From NCBI GenBank assembly GCA_025558095.1, contig JAIVFI010000015.1, positions 372,001-436,000 on the forward strand: DNA of 64,000 nt, in the 5' to 3' direction. Below, in pieces: positions 42,937-55,100 of the stretch. Position 1 is the first letter of the stretch. Every line of letters starts with the position of its first letter. Below the pieces are notes generated by a model. It ran no database searches. It worked only from the letters and a program-made list of their open reading frames with translations, and was not told the DNA's origin. Position numbers and translations under genes: made by a program. The DNA comes from Hyaloraphidium curvatum SAG 235-1. Lineage: Eukaryota > Fungi > Monoblepharomycota.

Positions 42937-44835
42937 ATGTCATGTAAGCGGCCCTCTGTCGCGCCTTGATCAACAGCGTTGACGAACATGGAACGCGACA
43001 GTCCGCGTGCTCAATTTCCTGCGGCCTTTCATCGCCGTCATGCCGGAGGTCGCGGCACCGGACCGAAAGGTGCACTGAACACTGGGGACGCCATTCCGCG
43101 CGACTGAACGGCGTTTCCCTGCGGATAACGTCACAGGTCCAATTCAGGGAGAAGGTTCTCTGGACAGGCGTCACCCTGTTCATCTTCCTGGTGTGCTCCC
43201 AGATCCCCTTGTACGGGATCATGTCGTCGGACTCATCCGACCCCGTGAGTTGCTTCGGCTCGAATATTGCCGGACCCGGTATTCACGACCGGCCCGCAAC
43301 GCCCTGGTGTGACGGCAGTTCTATTGGATGAGGATGATCATGGCCTCGAACAGAGGAACGCTCATGGAGCAGGGTATCACGCCCATCGTGACTTCCGGCA
43401 TGATCATGCAGCTCCTAGCCGGAGCGGGCATCATCGAAGTGGACTACTCGCTCAAGGAGGATCGCGCGCTGTTCAGCGGGGCGCAGAAGTGTGAGGACCG
43501 CGGCCTCGCCCCGCAACGCGCGGGCTTCTGACCCTTCCGTGCAGTGTTCGCCATGATCATTTCAATCGGCCAGGCGTTCGTTTCCGTCTGGAGCGGAGTC
43601 TACGGAAACCCCAAGGAGATTGGTGCCGGGATAAGCCTGCTGCTCATCCTTCAGCTCTTCGTGGCCAGCGTCATCGTCATCCTCCTGGACGAACTGCTCC
43701 AGAAAGGCTACGGACTGGGTTCCGGGATTTCGCTCTTCATCGCCACGAACATTTGCGAGAACATCGTCTGGCGTGCTTTCAGCCCCAGCACCTTCAACAC
43801 GGGTCGCGGTTGGTTCCCTTTCGAACTCGGGAGAGCGCGCTCGTCTCACTCGGAATCCAGGCACGCAGTTCGAAGGAGCCATTCTCAACCTCTTCCACCT
43901 CCTGTTCACCCGCTCGGACAAGATGCGCGCCCTCCGTGAAGCCTTCTACCGGCAAAATGCCCCGAACATGATGAACCTGCTGGCGACCGTGGTGGTTTTC
44001 GGCGTCGTCATCTACCTCCAGGGATTCCGCGTCGAGATTCCGGTCAAGAGCAACAGGGTCCGGGGCCAGCAAGGAACCTACCCCATCAAGCTGTTCTACA
44101 CGTCCAACATGCCGATCATGCTGACGTCCGCCCTCGTGTCCAACCTGTACTTCATTTCCCAACTGCTCTACAACCGCTTCCCGGACAACATTATGGTGCG
44201 CCTGCTCGGGGTGTGGAAGGTGGGTCTCGAGCCCTTGCTGTGTTGTAGGTCGCGTTGACGTCTCCTCGAACAGTCGAACGAAGGTGCGCCGCAGCAGTTT
44301 GCGTCGGGGGGCTTCGCCTACTACGTTTCGGCGCCCGAGAGCATCGGTGCTGCGGTCTCGGACCCGATCCACTTTGTGATCTACCTGGCCTTCATGCTCG
44401 GAGCCTGCGCCTTCTTCTCGCGGACCTGGATCGAGGTCTCGGGCTCTTCCCCCCGGGATGTCGCCAAGCAGCTCAAGGACCAGCAGCTCGTCATTCGCGG
44501 CTACCGCGAGGTGTCCATGTACAAGGAGCTGAAGCGCATCATCCCGACGGCGGCGGCACTCGGAGGGCTCTTCATCGGCCTCCTGTCCGTGACGGCTGAC
44601 CTGCTCGGTGAGTCACGTCGTGCTCCTCTGTGGACGCCCCTCTTATCCTTCGCGATCGCGCTCAAGGTGCCATTGGCTCGGGCACCGGCATCCTGCTGGC
44701 CGTTACGACCATCTACAGCTACTTTGAGCTCATGGTCAAGGAAAACGCGCAGCTCCAAGAAACGGGCGATGCTGTCTTCTGTGAGTCCCTTTCCGATCCC
44801 GCAGCCGATGGACACTAAATGCAGGCGCAGGGTGA
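42937..44835 (+). CDS. SEC61: Protein translocon subunit Sec61 alpha
   Basis: [82 protein letters not shown]. Confidence 0.97.
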
Positions 44836-44939
44836 GAGTAGAAAAAGATGTAATTCGCGAGGGTCGAAGACAGATGATACCCCGACATCCCTCCGACCGC
44901 CCCGGGTATCATTGGTATAGGAGCAGCCGGCGGGAAAGC

Positions 44940-45696
44940 TCAGAAAACGCTCAGATACGACTCCGCGACTATACTGGTGACGCGGCGGCTCGGCTGTCAG
45001 CAGCGCCGACCAGCGCGGGGACCGAGCGACCCACCGTGCCCGGGCATTCAGACTGAGCTTCATCTCGCTGATCTCTTTGTCGACGTCCTCCATGAACTGG
45101 ATGATAAAGTCCACGAGCTTGTGCTTGTACATTTGCTCGGTGTGGAAGTTGGTGATGAGGAAGCTGATGTCGTATCCCTGGCGGCACGGAAACCGCCGAA
45201 TCAGATCGTGGAAACACATCGACCGGCGAGGAGATCCGTACGGGAACCGGCTTGCGCCGCAGGATCACAAAGTTCTCGGCGCGCTGCATAAGGAACCTCG
45301 TGAACTTGTGGCACAAGACGCGTTCGATCTCGTCCGCCTGCTTGATTTTGATGCTAATGCGAAGCGAGTTGATGGATCCTTCCACGAGGACGCGTTCCGT
45401 CTCTGTCCGGTTGATGACGACGGGGGTCAACAGGACCTCTTTGGTGACCCTGTCGGACGGAGCTTCCTCAGCCCCAGCAACCCGTCCGCACGCGTCCCAA
45501 CACACTGCGCCTCCACTTCGGGCTTGTTGTGCCTCTCGACCACTTGCGACGAGAAGTTCTCCAGGCACAAGGCCGCGGTGAGCGTGGAGCGCACCGCGTT
45601 CAGGTATGGCTTCAGCGTGTTGGCCTGCGTAGGAGCGCCGAGGATCGCGATGCGTGTAAGGATGAATCTCGGAGCAACGGCCGCCTCTCGCACCAT
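44940..45696 (-). CDS. ARPC4: Arp2/3 complex subunit 4 (p20)
   Basis: [75 protein letters not shown]. Confidence 0.96.
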
Positions 45697-45854
45697 CGCG
45701 ATCCGCGCGCCGGATTACGGCGTGTCTCGTGGACGCCGACGCGCGTGCCAGGGCCTGGATGAGTGATCGAACGGGCGACGCTACAGACGCTTCCCCAAAC
45801 AGTCCGCCCAAAAATTGTTTCCTGCCTGCACGCACCCCCAGAGAGTCCGCAAGG

Positions 45855-47472
45855 ATGGCATTCTGGGGTCTCGTCGTGTACCCCAACAAGTCCTACACGT
45901 GGGGATGTCGGGCGTGCTGGCCGAAGCCCACATTGAGGTTCCTGGCCCCTCCTCCAGACAAACGGTCGACCAGCCCTTCCGCATCACAATGGCTGCTCTC
46001 GGCGAGGCCCCTGCCGCTGGGCGACACACCGTGACCGTCACTGTCGATGACGACACCTACGTTCTTTGCAGTCTCACGACCGACAAGGCGGGTCAATCTG
46101 TCGTTCCACGTCCCCCGCCGTGCAACTCACCCCACCGTTTGCAGGTTGAGCAACAGCAGCTCGACCTTGTGTTTGGCGAGGGCGAGGACATCACCATCAA
46201 GATGGTGGGTTCTTGGGGTGTCAACCGGTTGCGGCAACTGATCTGCCTGTGGCTCTTCAGAACGGGCCGTCTCCCATTCACCTGACGGGAACGTACGTCG
46301 TGCGGAACCGGCATCGCTGGGATTCATGCTGATGCTGGCCGTGGCTAGCTTCCTTCTGGATGATGAAGAGCCGGACTTCTCGGACTTTGACGACGAGTCC
46401 ATCGATTCGGACGACTTGATGATCGAGGGCGAGGACGGCGAGGAGGATAGCGAGAACGAGGTCGAGAGGTGAGCTTCCATGCCGATCGTCGCGGTTTGTT
46501 GCTGACGCGACCTTCAGGATGCCGCCGGGCAAGGGTGCGTGCGCGCATGACGATCCGTGCTGGGCTCTGGGCTGACTTTTACAGTGAAAGTGCTTGGCGA
46601 GGACGACGAAAGTGGGAGCGAAGAGGAGAGCGGCGAAGAAGGTTCCGGTGATGGTGACGAGGACAGCGAGGAGAGCGAGGAGGAACAGCCGGCTCCCAAG
46701 GGGAAGGCGGAGAAGCCGAAGGGCAAGGCTGAGAAAGGGGCCCAGAAGCCCGAAGGTGAGCGCCTTTTCTCCGGCACGACCCGTCTGTCTTCCTGACACA
46801 TCGATCTCAGTGAAGCGCAAAGCCGAGTCTGGGCAGACTCCCCAGCAGCCGCCCAAGAAGCAGAAGGTGGAGGACGGTGCGGCCTCGCAGAAAGCCACAC
46901 CCGCAGCAAAGCCGCAGAAGGCCGACGGCCAGCAATCCGGCAAGCAGACTCCCGCAGAAACCAAGGGCACGCCTGCAAACGTCCAGAAGGAGGCGTCAAA
47001 GCCTGGAACCGCCACCAAGGCCGGCGACAACAAGTCGAAGCCTGCCACTCCGGCAACGGACACGGACAAGACCCCCAAAAAGAAGACTCTTCCCAGCGGT
47101 CTGGTCATCGAGGACAAGGTCGTTGGCAGCGGTGCCAAGGCCAAGAACGGCAAGACTCTTGCTCTGCGCTACATAGGAAAGCTTGCAAGCGGCAAGGTTT
47201 TTGACTCCAACACATCGGGCAACCCCTTCAAGGTGCAGCTGGGAAAGGGGAGCGTGATCAAGGGTTGGGAGGTCGGCCTGCAGGGCATGAACGCTGGTGG
47301 CACGCGTGTTCTGGGCATCCCCCCAAACTTGGCCTACGGTGCGTCTCTTTTCGGTGTGGAATGGTGGTTGGTTGGTATGCTGATTCGTTTCGTAGGCGCC
47401 AAGGGAGCTCCTCCGGATATTCCACCAAACAGCACCCTGACTTTCGAGATCAAGCTGCTGAGTGTTGACTAG
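45855..47472 (+). CDS. FPR4: Nucleoplasmin-like / FKBP-type PPIase (Fpr3/Fpr4 family)
   Basis: MAFWGL.. NPL domain ([21 protein letters not shown]), acidic and basic linkers, then [42 protein letters not shown]. Confidence 0.88.
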
Positions 47473-48221
47473 AAGGATGAATGATTAGAGAATGTTGATC
47501 CATAGATCAAAAATGGATGACTGGTGGTGGCCTATTCTTTACCTACTTGCCAAGTGGCCGATATCAAGAAAATGAAAGGTCAGATCCCCGCTTGGACACC
47601 CTGACCACAATCGGTCTGGCAAGAGATGTCCCATGCTTGCACTCCGATTGCCTCTTCCAAGTCAAATGCATGCTCCTTTGAAGTTCATGACCATGAGCCG
47701 CTCTCAAGTAGTCCCTGCTGTATTTGAATCAACTGACCCAGTTGGAAGCACTCTAGTACAACGCTTGCTGATCATTCCGTGAGTGTCAGGATGGGCCTCG
47801 GGAGATGGCCTAGTCATGGGTTGGTTAGGGAGAGCAGATGGGGCAGCCATCCAACGGCTCCAAACACATCCATCCATCGCCAGCAACACTCCCCCATTTG
47901 GAGGCAAGTGGATCGAGTGGAGTCCCCCACCGCATGCTCCTCCACGCCCCGGGGATTGAGTTCCTCGGGCTGCCTAGGCCAGGCTCCCTGATGTCACATC
48001 GCACGTCACACCTCCCCCCAAGCCCGGGCGATCCAATCGCCGTACAAGACTCCCCCAGAGACCATACATGCAAAGAAAGTACAAGACAGAAGACAATCCA
48101 GAGTTACACGTAGAGAAACTCCCCCAGAAACCAAGGAACGGCTGCCCACTAGCCTCAGGCTCATCATGGGCAGAGATTCCCGGCAGGGTCCGGCTCGCAG
48201 AGAACGCTGGCCTCAGGCCCA

Positions 48222-51200
48222 TCACGTACTGGAAGCCGAACCCGAATTAAGATCCACCACACCAATGCGCGCACGGAAAAGTTCAAAAGGGGTCGGAGCT
48301 AAAGGTTTGGTAAAGCCGTCCCCAAGGTTGTCGTCTGACACCACCCGCGCAGTCTCAATGGTTCCATTTTGCACAGTGTCGCAAACCAGGTGGTACTTGA
48401 TATCGATGTGCTTCGTTCGCTTGTGGAACTTAGGATCACGAGCGAGCTGTTCAGCAGACTTGTTGTCCTCGAAAAGTCGCGTAGGTGTCGTCCGCGCAAA
48501 GCCAAGTTCCTGCAGGATGGAGCGCAGCCAGAGAATGTTGCGAACTGCATGCGCCATAGCAACATACTCGGCTTCCGTAGTAGACTGTGCAACGATGGAT
48601 TGCCGCTTGGTCAGCCAGGCAATGCTGGAAGCACCCATGAGGATGACGAGACCCGTGGTCGACTTGCGGGTCATCACACAGCCAGCAAAATCGGCATCCG
48701 CATATGCACAGAGATCCAAGCAATCACCAGACGCAGGGCGACGGCCAAGAACGAGTCCATAGGTACGGGTGCGGCGCAGATAGCGCAAAACATCTCGAAG
48801 CGCCTTGATGTGAAGAGGCCCGAAGCTGTTGGCAAAGCGAGAAAGAAAAAAAACCGCAAAGGCAATGTCTGGCCGTGTTGTGATAGCAATCCAAAGTAGA
48901 GATCCAATCAGGCCCTTGTAGTTGAAGCTTTTGACGTCGTCTTGGATCTTCGTTGGCAGGCTGTCAAACACGGTGTGGTCGAATGGGCGCAGCAGCTGGA
49001 GTGCATCCGGGCGCATCGGCGTGAGTGCAGACTTTGTCTCCTTGCTGGGAACATCACGCGTGAAACCGAAGTCGCGGAGAACGCGGTCGATGTACGCCGT
49101 CTGCGACAACGAGATTGTGCCGGTAACGGTGTCGCGACGGATGTGCACGCCCAAGCAGTAAGTGACAGCCCCCAGCGAGTTGATGTTGAAATGCTGCTTG
49201 AGGCTGGCAAACAACTCATCGATCTCCAGTTGTGAGGTGGCAGCAACCAGTAAGTCGTCCACGTAGATAATAATGCGGCCGGCCGCAAAGCGCACGTAGA
49301 GATAGCTCTCGGAGGCCAGCTTCACGAATCCAGCCTGGCGGAGGAAATGATCAAGCATTGCAAGGAACAAGCACATCGCTTGCCGTAATCCATAGAGACT
49401 CTTCAGCAGCCGAAGCACTGTGCGCGAGGAAGACTCCTTGAGAAACCGCCATCCCGGAGGCGGCCTGATGTAGACAATGTAGTCCAGCGGAGCATGCAGA
49501 AACGCCGTCTTGATGTCCCAGTGATCACAGAGGAGTCCCAGCGTGGCAACAAAAAGAAGGAAGAGGCGGAAAACGACTTGGTTAGGAACGGCAGCGAACG
49601 TATCGTAGTATGTTTGCTCGGATTGGCGGTTTCCATCCGCCACCAAGCGTGCCTTGAAGCGCGTAACGTTGTTGTTCTGGTCCTTCTTGACGTCGTAGAC
49701 GTAGTGCGAGGGCACCACCTTGTCCTCGTCACCAGTGGGGAGTTGTTCCGTCTCCTCGACCACACCCATCTCAAGAATCGACTTGTTCTCCTCCTGCCGC
49801 GCTTCCTCCCACTGAGCCGCATGCGGTGACCTCTGCGATTTGTTGTATGTGCGCGGAACGGTGACATCGTGCACTGACAGCAGGGTCACCGTGTAACACA
49901 CCGGGCTCGTGTCTGGGTGAGGGGCGTTGGTACCTGGTATGCGCCACATCTCGAAGGCTGGGAAGCGGAAAGGAGGGGAGAATGTCAACGGGGTGACAGT
50001 CGAAGACATGGCAAGGGGGTCCTGGAGACCGTCATCTGGCCAAGGGTGCTCGGCATGCCATCGCACCCCATCACCCGGCTCATCGCCATTGCCAGCATCC
50101 ACTTCCTCCCGCTCCGCTTCCGGTGGGTACTCAATCTCTTCCTCAAGGAGCTCCCACTCGTATGCTTCGTTCGCCTCATGTCGCTGTGCAGATTCCTGGG
50201 GGCCCGTTCCCGCATCCTTGCGCTGTGTCCGCTGATCATCGTCGCTGTCTTCATCCATCGCTGGATCCACCGGCTTGGAGAGCCAAGGGGGGAGTCGGGG
50301 ATGCACAAGAGCGAAAGGTCGTTGCTTCCCCAGCTCGTCAATCTCGCGGAAAGAGCCGGGCGAGCGTTTAGAATAGCGCTCGTTGAAGACAACCGATCGA
50401 GCATGAACTATCTTGCCTGTGGTCAGATCCAGAACCGTGTACGCCTTCAGATGCTTCGGGAAACCGAGGAAGATTGCACGGTGTGCACGGTCGTCCAGAG
50501 CCTTGCGCTGGCTGGGGAGGATGCCATACCAGCACTCCGACCCGAACGTGCGGAGACGTGACAGGTCGGGTTTAGTCCCTGTCCACAGCTCATGCGGCGT
50601 GGTAATGTCCGTTCCGTTTGCGCCCCGTTGCATCGTCTTCACCGTTGGGAGCATGTTGCGGACTTCAGTCTTGTATGCGAGGGCGTAGTTCCAGAAATGC
50701 TTCTCGACGTCAGCCTGAATGCAGAGCGCAAGTACCCCTTCGACCTGGGAACGATGCTCGCGTTCGGGTACCGCGTTCTGTTGAGGCGTATCAGCTATGG
50801 AGACCCAGAAGTGAGTGCCTCGTTCACGTAACCAGGTCTGGAACCAGCCCAGCTCCCTTGCGTTCCATCGCCCGAGCTCGGTACCCTGGTCAGACTGGAG
50901 GTGCTTGAGGCGTTTCCCGGTCTGCGTCTCGGCCCACACGATGAGCTGCTGAAGGAGAGGTGCCGCTTCGTCCTTGGTCTTCAGGGGGATCGACCAAAGC
51001 TTCTGCGACCACTCGTCCTTGACGTCCATCCAGTAGCGGTCGCTGTGCACGGAGGTGATATCGACCGGGCCCTTGAGGTCAACGTGCCAGAGATCCATAA
51101 CATCCTTGACGTGCTCACGCATCGAGGGGCGGAACGGCGCGGTCATCAGCTTCGCGCGCAGGCAGACGTCGCACTCGATAACCTCCTACTCGGGGCCCAG

Positions 51201-51854
51201 ATCGACGTGCTCAAGGCCAAGCACCGCGCCCGACCTCTGCGCTATCCGGATGCGCTCAATGTGAGCGTGCGCACACCGGGCATGCCACAGGTGACGGTCG
51301 TAGAGACGTGACATGCGTACCCCGCGCAGTCGGATCAAATCCGCGTCGGTGAGTCCCCACATGGCCTGCGACGTTGACCCCGGTTTGCCGACCTCGATCG
51401 ACATCGGGAAAACGCCGTTCTGCTGGGGAAGAATGCATAACTCCGTGCCGTCCACAAGGTATAGCAGTTTCTGCATCTGCTTGTCCGTCAGGTAACGGTT
51501 CTTGGATCGAATGCCGGCAGCAGCCAATGCCGTTTCCGAGAATAGGCGGCACGGTGTGCTCGGCATGAAGAGAACGTTGTCAAGCCGAACAACGGGTCCG
51601 CTCGTGCGAAAACGCACGTACATGGTGCCACCCTGTGACACCTCCACGGGCCCTGTAAGTCCATGCACAACGAACTTGGGTATCGAGTAGACTTTGGTCA
51701 GGTTGCTTAGGGTATTGGTGGAGTTGCAACTCGTGCCAGAATCGAAGAAGGAATCGCATTTGTTCGCTCGGACATGGTTAATGTACGCTCGAGCATGTTG
51801 AGCTTGTACCATGCCGCCGTCGATGTCCTCCCCCGAAACGGCGTTGGCCGTCAA
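48222..51854 (-). pseudogene. Copia family A pol (protease, integrase, RT, RNase H) with a premature stop
   Basis: WHARCAH/CDVC zinc motif, WHVDLKGP, QSDQGTE, FKARLVA, WDIKTAFL, IYVDDLL, YADADFA, STTEAEY, KHIDIKYH. In-frame TAG at 51186-51188. Confidence 0.88.
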
Positions 51855-51859
51855 GGTCG

Positions 51860-52082
51860 GTTGGAGTGGCTATGGGGCGTGGGGAAGACGTAGCCCCAGT
51901 GGTCTGAACCGGGTCAGAACTCAGATGGACGGGATGGGGAGAGGGACAGTTTCACGTTGACCCGTTGTCCATTCCCTTGTGATGACAAGTCCCTAGATGA
52001 CCCCTCCGATCGTACCCAAGTATCCCCACACGCCAATAGACTCCCTATTGATACAGAATCGTAGCAACGATCCATTCCAACA
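51860..52082 (-). repeat. 3' LTR of copia family B (223 bp; lacks one terminal base)
   Basis: Identical to 57210-57432 by direct comparison. Confidence 0.95.
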
Positions 52083-52130
52083 CTCCCCCTCGTTGCAAGA
52101 TTCCCAAGAAGTGTCCAGAAATCCCCAAAG

Positions 52131-55100
52131 TTAGTCACGAATCTCTACAATTCCCATAAGTGCCCTGAAACGTTGAAACTTCTCCCTTGGTAGCTGTTTG
52201 GTGAGCAGATCCGCAAGCTGGTCCTCTGTGTTGATGTACTCCAGCTGTATCTCTCCACTATCAATTTTCTCCCTCACAAAATGGTACTGCACTCCAATGT
52301 GCTTGGTACGTTCATGAAAGACAGGATTCTGCGCCAGCTTGATAGCCCCCTCATTGTCCTCCTTGATGACTGTTGGCCCTTGCTGAGGAAATCCCAATTC
52401 CTCCAATAAACTCCTTAGCCACGCAACTTGACGTCCAGCATAAGATAGAGCCATGTACTCGGCCTCTGTTGTTGAAAGAGCCACCACTGGTTGCAGTTGC
52501 GACTTGTAGATGATAAGACCGTTCCCCATCATCACTACAACCCCAGTTGTTGACTTCCCAGTGTCAAGATCCCCAGCAAAACTGGCGTCTGCATATCCAT
52601 GCAATGCTTTGGTCATGTCCAGATTCGGATCCCTCTTGTAAACCAAGCCAAAGTCAGCTGTTCCCTTCAAGTATCTGGTTGTCTTCTTGACTTGCTCCAC
52701 TGCTTCACGAGTAGGTGCCATCCCATGACGGCTCTCCGTGATAATAGGTAAGGCAATGTCCGGCCTGGTGAAGTTCATAGCATACATCCAACTTCCCACC
52801 ATTGATCTGAACGGAAAACGTCCGATTTCCTGCTCCTCAGCAGCAGACAACTCCGTCTTCCGTTTCCTGAGCTTCACCCCAACGTCCATAGGTACAGAAA
52901 CTGCATTGCAAGTGTCCATTCCGAAGTCCTCCAAGGCTTTCTTGATGTAGTTGGACTGCTTGATTGTGATTGTTCCAGCCTTCTCGTCCTGCTTGATTTC
53001 CAAAGCCAGGAACTTTTTCATGCGACCCATGTAACGTATCTTAATCCGCTTTCCCAGCTCCTCAAGAAATGCAATCGTCCGTTTTTCGTCCGTTGAGCTA
53101 CATCCAAAGTCGTCCACATGAATAATCATCAAAAGAAACCAATCATCTTGCCGCAGAAAGTAGATGCAGTACTCCTTTGAGCAACGTATAAGCCCCATCT
53201 CCGTGAGTATCTCGTGCAGGTGTCTGTGCCAAGCACGTGCAGCTTGCACAAGTCCATAAACCGCAACTCCAGGTCGAATTACAGTAGGTCTTCCATCAGT
53301 AAACTCAGGTAAATCCATCCCTTGAGCTGGATACAAGTAAACTTCCTCGTTCTCCTGGAGCTTAGCCTGTAGAAATGCAGCATTTGCATCTGCCTGATGT
53401 ACAATCATGTTGTTCTGAGCAGATATCCAAAAGAAAAGCCGTACAGCAGCAGCAGAAGGTACAGGTGCAAAGGATTGACCAAAAGAAGATGGATCCTGCC
53501 AATCACCCCTTGCCACCCATCGAGCCTTGTAGTTTTCCTCCCCCACAATGCTGCCATCAGCTCCAGGTTTGAGGTCAAATACAAATTGGCTTCCAACCGC
53601 GAATTTTTCCTTGCCCTCAGGCAAGCCCATGATGTTGTACGCATCTCTGCTCTTGAAGTTGCCAATCTCACGTTCCATTGCCTTGGCCCACATCTCACGA
53701 TCCTCTGAACGCATTGCCTCTGCATAGTTCCGTGGTACACGTGCTCCAGTGCTTGCAGCAAAGATTCCATCCATGTGTGCCATGTCCTCCCAAGTTGGTA
53801 GGTGTCCCTGCCAGTCCAGGTGGTCCTGGACCTCCTCCATCAGGAAATTGATCGATTCCAGCGTGATCACGTTGATCTCCTTCTCGTTGCTCGTGTTGGG
53901 GGCTTTCCACCACTCCCCAGGAGGTCTTGGAGCTCTGCTGGATGACCTTGTAGGAAAAGGTATCTTGGAACCCGTTCCAGCCGCCCCAGCGCCTCCCTGA
54001 GCTCCGCTGCTTGATGAAGATGCTCCTCCAGGCTCCCCACGTTGGTCTGTGGCTTCCCTAGCCGCACGATCACCAGAAAGTTGCGATCCACCAACTGCCT
54101 TTCCTCCCCCTGGATCGCCACTTCCACTGCTCCCAGAGCCTCTTCCACGAGCCACCAGCTCGTCCTCACTTTCGCTCTGAGCTCGTTGATCGCGTGACAG
54201 ACGTAAATCCGCGCCTCGGCTGCCGGAACTTGAAGATTGATGTTGAGTACCTCCAACTTCCAGTCTTTGACCTCCTCCCCCGGCCTCCTGGCGCTCAGGT
54301 TGACGCTGCACACGGTCTCCCTGTGTCCCACGATGCTCCTGGTTGCCGTCGTCGATAGGATCTGCGGAACGGACCCGCCGTGGCGTCTCCGGTGACGCCT
54401 CCAATTCCTCAGGCTGCGCCGACTCCTCCACGGCAAGTCGACGGTTCAATACAGCGCTCGGGTCCGCGTCCTCAGGTAGTTTTTCGACCAAAACTCTGCT
54501 TTCCAGAACCCGCATGTAGCTCTTGAGCGTCTTGTTTGACCAGCGTTCCTCGAAAACGACATCACGTGAGTCAAAAATCCGCCCGGTCTCAAGATTCTGG
54601 ACCGTAAATGCCTTCGATCGCGAGCTCATTCCCAGGTAGCGGCATTGTACCGCCTTAGCATCCCATTTGCCGCGCTTATCCTTGTCGACGATCGCGTAAC
54701 ACGTTTCTCCGAAACGTCGGATGTGGCTAATGTTCGCCCGTCTCCCAGTCAGCAGTTGAAACGGCGTAGACCCTTTCTGCCACGTCTTTGTGTTCGGCAA
54801 ACGATTCCGTGTGTTGATGTGATGATGCAGTGCGTATCCCCATAACGACTTCGGCGCTTTCGAGTCGATCAGGATGGTCCGGGTCCCTTCCTCAGCCGTC
54901 CGGTTCCGCCGCTCAATGACTCCGTTCTGCGCAGGCCGATTCGTTACCGACGATTCCAACTTGATTCCCTCGTTCTTGCAGTACGCTTCGAGCCGTTTTG
55001 ACGAGAATTTACCTCCGGGATCGACCCGCATGCATCCGACCTTTAGGCTGAACTGGTTCTTCACCCACTCGGCAAAGTGCATCATCCAGTCCTCCGCCTC

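Noticed and set aside
47520-47780. Possible decayed DNA-transposase fragment (ASNWVS-FK-like, minus strand)
   Set aside because: Too short and interrupted by stops to support a call.
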